Below, in pieces: positions 12,382-28,288 of a DNA stretch of 64,000 nucleotides; positions within the stretch are counted from its first letter, which is position 1; each line of letters opens with the position of its first letter. Source of the DNA: Felis catus. Taxonomy: Eukaryota. A program made the translations under genes and the position numbers. The notes under the pieces were generated by a model. That model was not told the origin of the DNA. It saw only the letters and a program-made list of their open reading frames with translations, and did not search any database. The stretch is taken from the NCBI RefSeq assembly GCF_018350175.1, contig NC_058368.1:196604001-196668000 (forward strand). The letters run 5' to 3'.

Positions 12382-13991
12382 GCAAGTCATTTTTTGTTTG
12401 ATCTCTTAGTCATATGATGTTTTTCCCCCCAAGAGGAGTAGGATCCATTAAAATCCGTCTATTTATTGGGAGGCAGTCTCGATAAAGTGAAAATGTGGAT
12501 GGAAAAAAGTCATGTGCCCATGGAAGTGGGGAGAGAGCTAGTTTGGTAAATTCCAAGGTCCCGTTTGGTTTTAATGTTCACACCCTTTGCTTTCTGGCCT
12601 CAGGACCTTTGTTTATGCTGTTCCCCTACCCCCCCCCCCCCCCAACTATCGTGTCCTGCCCAAATCCTCTCTGCCCTTCAATATAACCTCAAACGCTATG
12701 AAACTTCCGTGGAGTTTTATTCTGTTTCTTCTGGCTAATATCGTTTCTGTCTCCTTGGGCTTTTCATGGAATATTGTTTAACACTCCATTTGATTTTGCC
12801 CGTCTTTTCTACGAATGTTTATGAAGGGCACCCGCTGTGCCAGGAATTGACACAGCACTACACTGGCTGCCGTAGTGGACCAGACAGACATGGTCTTTAT
12901 CTCAAGAGGGCTCATGATTATATGGGGAGAAAGGCCATGGAGTGCTGGTCAGAGGACAGAGGGACAGAGGAAGGGATCTCTCTGGAGACCTGACTTAATC
13001 TGGAATTAATCAAGGAATAATAATTGAGAAATTATGTTTGGGCAGCAAAGAAAGGGGAGAAGACTGCAGGAGGGAGAGGGCTTGTTGGAAGGACCTACAG
13101 TAGACCAGTGGATTTGAGTCAGAGGCAGATCAGACAGTGCCAAGAGGAGATTCTAGAGAAGTAGACTAAGGCCAGATGACGCACGGCCTGGAAAACCATG
13201 CCGGGGAGTTCTCTCCTACTATATTTCCCTTCCTTATCTTTTATTACCCTTCCTTGATTTCAGATTAACTCTCCTCAGCAAAATACCAGCTTCCTTTGGC
13301 CAATGGTTGGGCCTTATCTTTCTTGATATTTCCAGCTCCTGTAAATATTTGTTGAGGTTAGCACACTCGATATAAGAAAAACAAATCATTAGCAGTCAGG
13401 AGCTAACTAAGAAGAAAATAAAAACGTCTCTTAGAAAAATTCATGAATTATTTTTTTACTCCTTGAAGAGCATGTTGAAAGAGCTTCGTGAGGCTATCCT
13501 TCCAAAGCTAAAGTTGCACATCTTGGTTTAGGGTTTTGACCGTGACCATGGGACAAGCCCAAAGTGTTGTCACGTGTTGCTAACCTGATGGTATCCGTAC
13601 AGAACTTGGTCTCTACTCAATTAATTGCACGTACCCACATGAAAAAATCAAATCTGATCTCAATTTTAGATTCTAGTCTTCTTCCTCCAACTCATTCTCT
13701 ACAAAGTAGTTTGGGTAGTTTTGGAAACATGGGTTGCATCAAGTACCTTCTCTGCTTAAAAAATCTTTAATGTTTTCTCATTTCGCTTTCAATAATAAGC
13801 TGTCTCCTTATCATGGCCTTCAGAAGGAAGAACTTCCCCAAAGGTTAAGTAGAGAGCTGGGGTGGGGGGGCGGGGAAGGCAGACCTAGAACTCATGTTTC
13901 CAGCGTTACTGAAATCATCACCACTGTCGTTGTTGTCGTGGTCACTGTCCTCGTCATCATCTCACCACCTTAAGAATCTTGGAAACTTTCT

Positions 13992-14217
13992 GGGGCCCCT
14001 CGGTGGCTCAGTCAGTTAAGCGTCCGACTTCGCCTCAGGCCATGATTTTGCGGATCATGAGTTCAAGCCCTGCGTGGGGCTCTGTGCTGACAGCTCAGAG
14101 CCTGGAACCTGCTTCGGGTTCTGTGTGTCTCTCTCTCTCTTTGCCCCTCGCCTCCTTGTGCTCTGTCTCTGTCTCTGTCTCTCTCTCTCAAAAATAAATA
14201 AACATGAAAAAAAAAAA
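13992..14217 (+). mobile_element. Can-SINE
   Basis: TSD-like aagaatctt...actttc. Confidence 0.92.
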
Positions 14218-14783
14218 GAATCTTAGAACTTTCAAACTAGAAGACTCTCCAAGTACAGGAAGCCTTCCTTGATTTCCTTCCCTCCTCTGGTTCCCCCAGT
14301 ATCATAACAAACTCCCCACGAGTAGTGCAGTTGCTCCTTGACCTTCTAGATTACAAGCAACCTGAGGACAACCTTTGTGCCTTATTCGCCTTGTTTTATT
14401 TTCAGCTTCTAGGTCAGTTTCTTGCACGTTATAAAATGTCTGATATTTTATGAATTGGCACAAAAAGCATCTAGAAATTACCTCGTCCAGTCGTCCTCTT
14501 GTTATAAATGATGAAAATGAGGCTCTGACAGATGGAAAATGACTCACAAAGGGGACCTTGAGATTGACCAAGAAATTTCACCTCCGTTTTCTCGTATGTT
14601 CCACGAGGCACATATTCTTGCTACCGTCCCCATCTACAGATGAGAAAGTTGAGACCCACCGAGATAAGATGACATGCCGAAAGTAACAGAAAGTCACGTC
14701 AGGAGTCAAGAGTCAAGAGCTAAACAAACAAACAAAACCTTTAATTGTGGCGTTGTTAAGCACATTCCGGCACTTGGTGGCTT

Positions 14784-14791
14784 GAGAGAGA

Positions 14792-14839
<48 letters not shown>
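14784..14839. repeat. (GA)n microsatellite
   Basis: GA run with two GAAA interruptions. Confidence 0.95.
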
Positions 14840-14843
<4 letters not shown>

Positions 14844-15245
14844 ATCTGCGAATAATCAGAAGCAGGTGAAACACTCTAGACGACTTTAATCTGTTGCCAA
14901 AATAGACAGGTGAAAAACAAAGCACAGAGAGGAGCCAAAGGTTTTGTTTACACAGCTACAATCTGATTCGATAGGCTTGTTGCCCACCTACCCGCAGAGT
15001 CCCTAGTCGTTTCGCAGTTTTCATTTTGTACGTATTACCTGGAAAGCATGGGCACTTTTTAAATATACCTAAATAGCCTGTGCGGCAGAAAGTCTGAAAG
15101 TTGTGATGCCCAGAGTCACGTGAACTACATTGCCTGTTTAAACACATCTGAACCCCTTTGATTATCTCTAGTTTCCTCTCTTTTGCACATGTTGTTGATA
15201 ACGAGCAGACCGAATTATTGTTCCCTTGTCCTTTTCTGACTGCTA

Positions 15246-15461
15246 TTTCTTTTTCTTTAAGTTGATTTATTTATTTTGAGAGAGACAGAGACGGCGCTAG
15301 TGAGGGAGGGGCAGAGAGAGAGGGAGACGGAGAATCCCAAGCGGGCTCCACACCGTCAGCACAGAGCCCGACGCGGGGCCCGAACTCACGAAACGGCGAG
15401 ACCGTGACCCGAGCTGAAACCAAGAGCCTGACGCTTAACCGACCGAGCCACCGGGCGCCCC
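15246..15461 (-). mobile_element. Can-SINE, ~97 nt upstream of exon 9
   Basis: Reverse consensus, CpG-rich. Confidence 0.92.
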
Positions 15462-15503
15462 TCTGACCGCCATTTCTAGGCCCAGTTCTGTCCAGACTTC
15501 TGA

Positions 15504-15887
<384 letters not shown>

Positions 15888-16207
15888 TGAATTAACACAC
15901 TTCACCTCTCCGCGTTTTTAGGATCACCCTCAAAATGAGAATACCTCCTGCCCCCCCACAGGCCCAACACGTTCCCCTTGTGCGAAGGTATTAGGTGCTT
16001 TATCTGTGTTGGTGCTTTATGAGAAAGCGCGTTCTCGTCCATCGTTTTCTCTTATCCTCACAACATCTCTTTGAGGAGGGCAGCGCCCAGCTTATGGAAC
16101 CCACCTCACGGCCGAGGAAATGGAATCTTCAAGCCTTGGCCTCAACTGCAGAGGCAGGATCAAGCCTGGGTGTTCTGCCTCTGAGTCTTCTTTTTCCTCC
16201 CTTGCAG

Positions 16208-16351
16208 TCTTTGGCTCAGTTCCTGGGCTGGTCCGTCTTAAATCCCGACACCTATGAGTCAATGAACAAACTTGAAAACAGGAAGGACATTTTCCAGGAC
16301 ATGGTAAAATACCACGTGAGGTGTGACAACGAGGAGATCCAGACGATCCTG
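16208..16351 (+). CDS. PDE6A: PDE6A exon 10, [16 protein letters not shown]...EIQTIL
   Basis: ttgcag|TCT, CTG|gtgggt; 144 bp. Confidence 0.97.
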
Positions 16352-17089
16352 GTGGGTAAAGCTCTCCTGTTGTTTCTGCTCTAGCAGCCACTGCATCCTG
16401 GAGATGTGGCCAGAGCCATACTAAAGCTCCATGAAGGCAGGGACAGGTAGGCTTGCCTTCCACGGGGATGCCCCTGGCCCCTCACGACGGACGGATGGAT
16501 GGATCCATGCATATCAGCAAGTCACACAAAATGGCCGCCCCGTGTGGCCGGGGGACAGCTGTCCCTCACGCATCACCTCAGTTGTAGGGCCGGATCTTGG
16601 CTTCACAGCTCCAGAAATTCCGTTTTTCACTGTGCCGAGGGCTGATTTGGTAGGAGAGATAGAGTCGCCCAACCACAGCCTCTACTCTCAGAGGAATCTC
16701 TATCTGACAGCCCAGTGGACGATGGTCAGTTTCTCAGAGACTCCCTCTAGGGGGTTGACTCATGTAGGAACCCAATCAGATCGCAGAGGAGTTGGGTGAG
16801 CCAAGAAGTATGACAGAAGGAGTTGGAGGTTCCTAGGCATCCCTCACACAGTTTAACCACGTTGTAGTTTATGAGGCAATTTTACACTTATAATATCGTT
16901 TGACGCTCACAATGGCCCACTAAGGTGGGCAGGGTAAGGGTTTCTATCCCCACTGTAGATATGAAGAAACTGAGGCCCCCAAGGGGGAAGTAACCTGTCC
17001 CCTAATCACCCAGGGGACATTAAATAGGTCTCACTCATTAAATAGGTCTCACTCAACCTTTGTCCGAATAATGAGCAAATTCTCCACCA

Positions 17090-17230
17090 CTCTTATGAAT
17101 GGACTGCCTTGTGAGGTAGTGAGCACCCTGTCAAGAGAGGCATCCAAGTAGAGGCTGGATATGAATTTACCAGGGATGCTACAGAGGAGAGTCCTGCCTG
17201 GGGTAGGAAATTGGATGAGGCGCTTTCAAA
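17090..17230 (+). mobile_element. L3/CR1 LINE 3' fragment
   Basis: gaatggactgccttgtgaggtagtgagc...agaggctggat motif typical of L3. Confidence 0.55.
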
Positions 17231-17948
17231 GACACGTGGGAATTAGTGATTCACCATTACTGGGATTTTGTTCTCAAAAAGACCGCGATCTTAGAAGTAA
17301 ACTGAGTTAGCCAAATGGCATTGGATAGGATGCCCAGCTAAGCTCCCAAGACCTTGCTTATAGACCTCGCAAGTTGAAACAAAACAGGCCAATGTTTTCA
17401 GAAGTGATTTCTTAAGCTGGGAACATATCACAACACCTCTGACAATTTCATCTCAATAACTGATACGTTCAAAGGAGAAAACATCTAGTGTGGGTGAACT
17501 GACACAATTCGCTTGTCTCAGTTCATGATTTCAGCCAAGTGATGGGTATGTGGGCACTATGCAAGCATAGCTTCAGTGAACCAGTTAATCAGAAACAAGC
17601 AACTGGGTCCAGGTCCCCACCCCACCCCCACCCCCACCCCCACCCCCGCCTCCTCTGGCACGTGCGTGGCGCAACAGGCCCAGGGAAGGAAGAAACTTGC
17701 CTTGAGTCAGGCAGCCAGAAGAAAAGGCAGAACCACGAACAAGACCTTCTGACTCCAAGTCAGTAATAATAACGACAAGAATATCAGCAACAACATTGTT
17801 GAATTCTAGTGCTTACGATGTGCCTAGCACTGCACTAAATGACTTACGTGCATGATTTAGTTTAGTTGCATGCTTTGTGTGTGAATTGGAGGAAAGGGAA
17901 TGGAAATGGAAAGCGGAGGGACATGGAGACCCCAGATAAAGCAACTGA

Positions 17949-18422
<474 letters not shown>

Positions 18423-18843
18423 TAAACCTCTCTGATTTCCTTTTTTCTTTTCTTTTCTTGCTTGCTTTTTTTTTTTCTTTAACTCAATCTGCAAAGCCTC
18501 AAAAACAGTGCGCCCTCAGCTTGTAGGATTTAAAGCATTAGTCATGTTGCACAGATGAGTCATGTATCAGAAAAGAGACCTACAGTTCCTCTGAACTGTG
18601 GTGTTTTTGGGGGCATTGCTTCTTGAGGTGGGTTGTAAGGCACTGAGTTCTGAGGCTGTGAAGCAATGGCTACTTATAATCAAACAAAGGTGGGAAAGGC
18701 GGGTCAAACCAGTTCAAACAGGACTCTTCCCCTGCAGGATTCCTCTCAGTGTGCTGGGAATCTAGGTGGTTGGGGGAGGGACAGTGAAGGTGGGGCTGGG
18801 GGTGTGTTCCCTGCAGAATTTCCCAGATTTGTTTGATTAAAAC

Positions 18844-19260
18844 AGTGGTTCTCAAAGTGCTGCCCCAAACCGCATCGGCATCACCTGAGAATGTATCAGC
18901 GCCAATTCTCTCTCTCTTTTTTTTTTTAAAGTTTATTTATTAATGAGAGAGAGAGAGAGCACAAGCAGGGGAGGAGCAGAGAGGGAGAGAGGGAGGGAGA
19001 CACAGAATCCGAAGCAGGCTCCAGGCTGAGCTGTCAGCACAGAGCCCAACGCGGGGCTTGAACTCACGAACCGTGAGATCGTGACCTGAGCAGAAGTTGG
19101 AAGCTTAACCGTACTGAGCCATCCAGGGGCCCCAGTAGCACAAATTCTTACACACACACGCACACACACTTTCTCCCAGTTCTAATGAATCAGAAATTGT
19201 GTGTTTTAACAAGCCTTCTGGGTGATTCTGATGGGCACTCAAGTTGGAGACCCACTGATT
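18844..19260. mobile_element. MER5A-like hAT element interrupted by a - strand Can-SINE (18916-19133)
   Basis: cagtggttctcaaa...gagacccactg terminal inverted repeats; SINE inside. Confidence 0.75.
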
Positions 19261-19431
19261 TAGAGACTCCTTTTGTTTTCCTCTTGGGTAAAGCTCCTGA
19301 CAGCATCTCCCAGGACAGTAGCTCTCCCGGGGCACAGTTTGGGAAACATTGATGAAGGTTAACTAGTGGAGTAAGTGGAGTGACTTACAGCTACCTGGTT
19401 TCATAACGACATCCATTTTCCTAGGATTTAG

Positions 19432-19863
<432 letters not shown>

Positions 19864-20169
19864 TAAAACTGATGCAAAAAGAGTACATGCTTAGCATCTG
19901 TGAATTCCGAGCACAGAGAATCGTGTAAAATAAAAAGCGAAGGAAAGCTGCAGGCTAACCCCAACCCCAGTCCAGTTATTTAGAGAGAACCATAGCACAA
20001 CGCCTTCCACGTTTTCTTCTAGAAGCGTCGAGATGTATTTTTACACAGACGCACACACTCACATGCACACACGGTTTATTTTATTTAGAGCCAATTGAAT
20101 AATAATATCCTTTAAAATGCTTTTTTCATTTGAAAAAAATATAAGCCTATCAATCCCATTCTTCATATG

Positions 20170-20640
20170 TTTAATGTGTTATTGCGGTAAAATATACAGG
20201 ACAGGAGACTTACCATTTAAACAACTTTTACGTGTACAGGTCAGTCAGTGGTATTAACTACGTTCCCAGTGTTGTGCAAACATCACCACAATCCACCTCT
20301 AGAATTTTTCATCTTCCCAAACAGAAACTCTGCCCCCATGAGACCACCGCTCCCCGTTCCCCACTCCCTGCCCCTGGTGACCTCTTTTCTCCTTTCTGTC
20401 TCTATGAATTTGACTCCCCTAAGTACCTCAGGTAAGTAATCTCGTACAGTATTAGCCTTTTTGTGTCTGACTTCTTTCACTCGGCATAATGTTTTCGAGG
20501 CTTCTCCATGATAGAATTTTATGGCCGCATAGTATCCTATATTGTTCAGATATACCATAATTTCTGTGCCCAGCCCCCTGTTGTTAGACACAGGGGTGGT
20601 TTTTGATCTTTCACGGTGACAGACACTGCCCCAGCGTCCT
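20170..20640 (-). mobile_element. L1M 3'-end fragment
   Basis: Typical reverse L1 3'UTR text (catcttcccaaacagaaactctg, ctatgaatttgact). Confidence 0.7.
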
Positions 20641-21404
20641 TGGATGGACGTGCCTATGTGTACCTGTGTCAGCCGTTTGGGCTCAGACGGTTCAGAGATA
20701 TTTCATGTAAAAGTGTGTCCCATTCAGATTATGATGCAAATCTCTGCCCTTGTCCAGCCCCACTCATCCGCATTTCTTCTCTCACGTCTGGAACGGTCAG
20801 GCCAGAGTAAACACTGGGGCCGGGAGGCAGGGATTCTGGCCAGGCCACCACAGAAGGTGACAGTGACACCACAGAGACTTGATTTATTTCTTAAAGTCAC
20901 AGAGTCAGCATCACGTCTCGCGAGCTCTTCCCCACCCTTTAGTCTAACACCCAGCATAAACAAGCAGTATGTGAGGGAGGATGGTCCTGGGCTGTGCTTA
21001 AACTATAGACCGGTTTGGATGGTTTGCTTTGCCAGTCTGGGCACGTTCAAAAACTGCCTGGATCCTAAAACCTGACAGTTGTGATTTCTCAACAACCATC
21101 TAGTCCAATGCCCTCCTCCTCCAGTGTGCAGATTGGGATACTGAGGACCAGGGGGATGATGGGACCATGTAAGGTCATTCAGGAGTAAGGTGACCAGCCA
21201 TCCTCATTTGCTTGGGACTGTTCCAGTTAGAGCATGGAAAGTCCCGCATCCCAGAAAAACGCCCAGTCCCAGCCAAACATCTGGTCATGCTGTTGTGCCA
21301 GGGGAGAGTCAAGGTTACGCTTGTGTTTCTAAGCACCAGGCCCTGGCCCTCACACCTGCTCTGCTCCCCACCCCTGCAAGAAAGGAGTGAGTGGCACCCT
21401 CTGA

Positions 21405-21527
<123 letters not shown>

Positions 21528-21687
21528 TGAGTTGGCCCTTACTGCCCGCCCCCTCTTCCTCCCACTCCTGGGATTCATTACCCAGATCTGAAAGGCTCTC
21601 AGACAGACTGACTCACTGGCTAAGGGGGAGTCCCACAGTTCACAGCTTCCTTCTTCCTCCTGCCCTTCTTCCTCCTGCGTAAACTCC

Positions 21688-22095
21688 TGTGATAGACAGA
21701 ATAATGACCCCTAAATATGTCCATGCCCCAATGCCTGGATCCTGGGACTATGCTGCCTTGTATTCAAAAGGGACTTCACAGGAGTGATTAAAGATCTTAA
21801 AACATAGGGGTTATCCTGGATTCTCCCCATGTAGTTAGAAAAGTCCTTGTAAGAGGGAGACAGAAGGTCAGAGAGAGAGAGGATGCTTCTCCTCAGAGAG
21901 GAGAAGGATGGGCCACAGCCAAGCAATATAGGTGGTCTCTACAAGCTAGGAGGCAAGGGGAACAGATTGTCCCCTACAGACTCCAGAAGGAAAGTAGCTC
22001 TGTGGATGCATCTTACTCTGAACTCCAGAGCTGTAAGATAATAGATCCTTATTGTTTTAAGCCAATACATTTATAGTAATTTGTTATAGCGGTAA
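21688..22095 (+). mobile_element. MLT1-type MaLR solo LTR
   Basis: tgtgatagacagaataatgaccc start; ctgtaagataat...ttttaagcc...tttgttatagc end. Confidence 0.75.
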
Positions 22096-22907
22096 TATAT
22101 TAAACTCCCTCCCTCTCCTCCTTCCCCAGCTGCTGAACTCATTTAAGCCAAATGTTACGAATATGAACTGATGCTGGTTCATTCATTCACTTTGTATTTT
22201 GTAATGCTCCTAGTGTGAGTGTGGTAGGCCCTAGGAGGTAGGCAAAGGAGGTACCATGGCAGCAAAACAGACCTAGCCCCTGTCCTCATCGAGCTTACAC
22301 TCCAGACAGCCTCTGAAACGTGGTCCTTGAACCACGGCCTTGGTGGACCTTCACGACCACCGTGTAGGCTGGGTAGAGCAGGGACTAGTGTTATGCTCAT
22401 ATTATGGATGAGGAAACAGAGGATCGGCCCGGGGCCCACAGCCTATAAATCATAAATAGACGCTAGAACAGTCCAATCTGAGGCTAGAGATTGTGTGTAC
22501 ATTTTACCTTGCGGGAAGCTAAGTACTGAGCTCAGTGCTTGCACTTAGTAAGCACTCAACAAATATTTAATGAATAAAACATGCGTAAACACATCGCTTG
22601 TGGGAATTCAATGGCTTCCCCTAAAACTCCGAGTGTCACATCTAGGACTTGGTGACCTTTTAAAGTATGGCCCAGTGCCAATGTCATGGATGATTACAGG
22701 AAATCCATAAATCCCTGAAACTGCATGGGGTATTCTGTATGTTTGTGCTTTGGGGGCACACACTATTCAACAGACCGTAACTGAAAGAGGCTTGGAATCA
22801 GTTGTGGAGAAAACTAAAGCCTGAGACTTAGGAGACCTGATGCGGTCTCGCTGTGTGACCAGCTCTTTCTCATTTCTGGCCTTCAGCCTCTCCGCCTGCA
22901 GAATTAG

Positions 22908-23222
<315 letters not shown>

Positions 23223-23276
23223 TAGTTGCGTGGCTGGCCCGCCAGCATCACATCTCTTCTATGATTTTCTCTTTAG

Positions 23277-23636
<360 letters not shown>

Positions 23637-23799
23637 TAAGTGTTGATTCTCAGGCCTTGGTTCGTTAAACCTTTTGTTGTTGTTGTTGTTGTTGATTACG
23701 TTGCTTTAATAAGACTCTGTCTGAAACAGCCAGTGTTAGAAGCCGGGGTGTTGCCTTATTCTGAGATGAGCTCCTTCAACGAACTGGTCTACTTTGCAG

Positions 23800-23907
23800 G
23801 AAGAGGACAATGTTCCAAAAGATCGTGGATCAGTCTAAGACATATGAAACTGAACAGGAGTGGACACAGTACATGATGCTGGAACAGACCCGGAAGGAAA
23901 TTGTTAT
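23800..23907 (+). CDS. PDE6A: PDE6A exon 17, [36 protein letters not shown]
   Basis: ttgcag|G, AT|gtgagt; 108 bp. Confidence 0.96.
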
Positions 23908-23941
23908 GTGAGTTAAGATGGGGCTTAAACCCTGGTTTTCT

Positions 23942-24164
23942 TTTCTTCCTTTCTTTTTTTTTAAATGTTCATTTTTGAGAGAAAGAGAGAGAGAGAGCAA
24001 AAGTGCACACATGTGCACGTGGGATGGGGGGAGGAGCAGAGAGAGAGCGAGACAGAGGATCTGAAACAGCGCAGACCCCTAGGTGCGGCTGGAACTAACC
24101 AACCATGAGGTCATGACCCAAGCCGAAGTTGGACCCTTAACCAACTGAGCCAACCAGGCACCCC
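23942..24164 (-). mobile_element. Can-SINE, ~35 nt downstream of the exon 17 donor
   Basis: TSD aaaccctggttttct (23927-23941, 24165-24179). Confidence 0.92.
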
Positions 24165-24571
24165 AAACCCTGGTTTTCTGAAGTCCAGGGTCCTAAAGTG
24201 GGATGCTGCACTGACAGGGCAGCAAGGCCTGGGGTCACAAGAGCCCTGGGGCACTTCCATTTAGGAGGCCTCCAACCCAGGAAAAAACTGAAGCTTTGCC
24301 AAGACAGAATTGCAGATATTATGGTACGTGTTTAATTTTTGCACTAAAATACAAACCAATGTATTTTATTAACAATATTTTGTATTTTATAACAAAATAT
24401 TATGTTTTATTTTTCTTTATAGAAAAAGCATCACATTTGAAGTATTTCTATCATAAGAGTCAGAATTTTGGTAGTAAGTGATATAACTTTAAAGGTTTTG
24501 ATAAAACACCAAGCATTATACCAATGATGATTTGAGTGATATCTATGTGTCAATAAAAATATGTAGGCTTA

Positions 24572-24790
24572 GGGGCACCTGGGTGGCTCAGTCAGTTGAG
24601 TGTCGACTTCAGCTCAGATCGCGATCTCACGGTTTGTGAGTTCGAGCCCCGCGTTGGGCTTTGTGCTGACAGCTCAGAGCCTGGAGCCTGCTTTGGGTTC
24701 TGTGTCTCCTCCTCTCTCTGCCCCTCCCCTGCTCATGCTCTGTCTCTCTCTGTCTCTCAGTAATAAATAAACGTTAAAATCTTTTTTAAT
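24572..24790 (+). mobile_element. Can-SINE
   Basis: Consensus head, CT tract, tail. Confidence 0.92.
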
Positions 24791-25778
24791 ATGCTGACAA
24801 TTTTTTTTGCATTCCTTTATATATGGCAATGTCCTGCAATATAACTCTGCTATTCACACATCAGGTACATGATTTATGTCAGATTTATAGTGCCTGGCTG
24901 GCATGAGGTCTGGTAATGGGACTCACATTTAAGTTTTCTAATGAATACCTTCTTTCAATTCCCTCCGTGTGCCTCTGTGAGTCACCTCAAATGATGTTGG
25001 GGTGAGAAGTATAAATTTGAGTCCTCTTGTGATGATGTGGCCCGAGCCAAATGATCCCCTGGCTCCCGTGTGATGAGTCCTAGGTATCGATGGTCAGGGA
25101 AGACCAGGCTTGACCAGTTCGCAAGGAAGTATCAGGCTTTATCCCCAGATGCCCCTGTGGAGATGAGGCTTGATTAGATCACAAATGTTGCAAGACCCTA
25201 AAACAGAGAAGAGGGGGCTGCTGGGACAGGCTCAGGGAGGAGGGGCAAATCGCAAGTTGTCCTTCCCTCAGCCTTGCAGCTGTCCAACCAGGCAGATCCT
25301 TTGATCTTGGGGAGCTGTGTGACCTGTTCCCAGTGATCAAGGGGGCACCCTCAGGCTATCGTTGCTCCCAGGAGCTGCCTGACTGGACATTTCAAAGTGG
25401 CGCCGCAGAATAATTGAACAAATGGAAAGAACACCCTGTTCTTGGTTAGGGGCACTTAATATTAAATGTGGTCTCTTCTCCCTAATTAATTATTCACTTA
25501 GGGCGATTCCAAGGAAAATACATCTACTTTATTTTGGGGATCATTAGGAAGCAATTCCAAAATTCTTATTGAGAAATAAGTATGCAAGAATGACCAGAAA
25601 ATTCTGAAACAGAAGAGTAATGATAGGAACCAGAAGGACTAAAGGCAGTTCAGTCCTAGGCATTAGTAAGACAGGTCCACGGGGCAGACCCTGAAGACTA
25701 TGCCTGTGTTAGAAGTGGATCTTTTACCAGCGAAGAAAGGGACAAGTTCACAAATGACGTTGGGACCCTAAGGCAGTC

Positions 25779-26503
25779 TGATGGGTTTTTTCCTCCCTTT
25801 CTTGGTGAAACGGACACCCAGACTGAGTGTCCTACCGATTTCACTCAATTCTGACACGGTCTGTATGGAGGTAGCGTTAGAGCCCACAGGTTAAGGGCCA
25901 GTCCCACAAAGACTGCCCCCTTCTGACACCAACTGCAGGTCAAGGTTCTGCTCTGACCTCTGCTCTGACCACCTGGCTATAAATCGGAGGTTCCCATGAC
26001 CCCCTCCTTGGGTTCTATTAATTTGCTAGAGCAGCTCACAGGACTCGGAGAAACATTTGCTAATATCTATCAGTTGATGATAAAGGATATTATAAAGGAT
26101 ACAGAAAAACAACCAAAGAGATACACGGAGCGAGGTCCAGGAAGGTCACTAACCCAGGAGCTTCTGTCTCTATGGAACTGAGTTTGCTCCACCAACCTGG
26201 AGGCTCAGAAAATTGCATTGTCCAAGTTTTATAGAGTCAGTCTACCGTTCCCTTACCCCCACCCTTTCACAGAGGTTGATGGGTGGGGCTGAAAGTTCCA
26301 GGCCTCCATTTGCTCGGATTTGCTAGTGGCCAGTCCCACCTGAGCCTATCTAGGGACCCCACACTAAATCATGGTCATTAACCTAAACCCACAGTGGGCT
26401 CTCTATAAAGGACACTCCTGTCACTTGGGAAATTCCAAGAGTTTGGGAAGCTTTGTTCCAGGAACCAGAAACAAAGACCAGTGCAATTTTGTATTATACC
26501 ACA
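25779..26503 (-). mobile_element. MER21-like solo LTR
   Basis: Homologous in reverse complement to 31158-31900; ends ...tataccaca. Confidence 0.7.
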
Positions 26504-26509
26504 GGTGAT

Positions 26510-27400
26510 CACAAGCCTGGATCGCTATCTCACTCCCATAGCAAAATAAGTTCCAGATGAATCAAGGATTGTAAAATAATGAGAAAACAAACCCAAAAAA
26601 TGAGCGGGGGGGGGGGGGGGGAAACATGATAGAATTAAGAGGAACAATTTCAGAGTGAGCTTTCCAAAGCGTGACGTGAAAGTCAGAGGTCATAAATAGA
26701 TTGATAAATTCAACTTAAAAATGAGGGGTTTCTGCACGACACACGCAAGAATGCACAGCCGAGGTCAGAATGCAAGCGGTGAGCTGGGGAAATACATCCG
26801 ACGAAACTGCTGACAGAAGAAGGGTTCACTTCCTTAGGAAACACAGTGTTCATATGATCCAAGAAAAAGACTAATCCATTAGAAAAGTGGGCACAAGGCT
26901 CGCTTTCCCGAGACATTTCCCAGCAAAGGAATTACAGAGGGAAATAAACATGAAAAGGGGATGACCTGACTCATAATCAGAGACATGCAAAATAAAACCA
27001 CAGCGACCTATAATTTTTCACCCTTCCTACTGGCAAAGAATGAAAACGTCTGCTAGCCCACCGTGCTGGGCCGAGTGAGAGGCACCGGGCAGTCCGATTC
27101 CCTGGTGGGAGCGTAAACAGAGGCAGCCTCTGTGGAGGGCACTTCCTGTCAATGTGTAAATGCTCAGCCTCTGGCCCGGCAAGTCCACGTGCACGGTTGC
27201 ACCCTCCAGATAGTCTCCCACACGTGTGCCAGCCGTGTGTGCCTTTGTACACAGCTCCTCACCGCAGCACTATTTTTAATCATGGAGAAGACTGGAAACA
27301 AATAACCAGGGGAACGGGTTAACTACGTGACAGTACTTTTATACAAATGGGATGTCATACAGACGTTACCAAGAATGATAGGGAGGGTTTCCAAGACCCA
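26510..27400 (+). mobile_element. Old L1M(E) 3' fragment
   Basis: Degraded L1 text (agaaaagtgggcacaagg, aaataaaaccacagcga). Confidence 0.55.
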
Positions 27401-27429
27401 ATATTTAATTTTGTTTTAAAGGGGGTGGT

Positions 27430-27754
27430 GGAGTGCCTGGGTGGCTCAGTCGGTTAAGTGTCCGACTTCAGCTCAGGTCATGATCTCGCGGTTTGTGAGT
27501 TCGAGCCCCAAGTCGGGCTCTCTGCTGTCAACGCGGAGCCTGCTTTAGATCCTCTGTCCCCCTCTCGCTGCCCGCCCCCCTTTCTCTCGAAAATAAATAA
27601 ACATTAAAAATTATAATAATAATATGTTCAGACGGGGGTGGTGCCTAGGTGGCTCGGTCGGTTAACTCTTGATTTCAGCTCAGGGCATGATCCCAGGGTC
27701 ATGGGATGGAGTTCCTTGTTGGGCTCCACACTGGGTGTGGATCCTGCTTAAGAT

Positions 27755-27788
<34 letters not shown>

Positions 27789-27854
27789 CCTGTCTCCCCC
27801 TCAGCCCGTCTCCCCAACTCATCCTCTCCCTCTCTCTCTTCAAAACAAAAAAAA
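27430..27854 (+). mobile_element. Two adjacent Can-SINEs (27430-27612; older-type 27638-27854)
   Basis: Two heads and tails with different internal consensus. Confidence 0.87.
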
Positions 27855-28288
27855 TGGCCAGAGACAGGACTTCACTGATTGCAAAAGCCAAGGTAGTTTT
27901 AATTGGAAGTCTTCAAACTGAGGTACATGAACCACTCCTACCCTCACTCCCAGCCCAAAGCCTTCCAAGAATTACAGGGGCTCTGATGGCCTCAAGGGAG
28001 TCAGCACTCTCTTTCTTAATATTATCTTCCTAAGAAAGCCCCGGAGGTGAAACACTGTCAGTTCTCTTACTCTTCTCCCTCTTTACAAAATAAAGTCATG
28101 CGTATTCGGGTTGGAAAAGCAAATCAGATTCTTTCTAACAAAAACAAGTCTGATCTGCTTCCTTTAGTGGACAGTAACTGACGGGCATTTCCAATTATGT
28201 TATATGGCAAACATTTCCTTAAGTTCAATGAGTCAAATCTGCAGCTTCTAAGTTTTGAGGAGAACAGTTAAGACCTGTTATAGGATGG

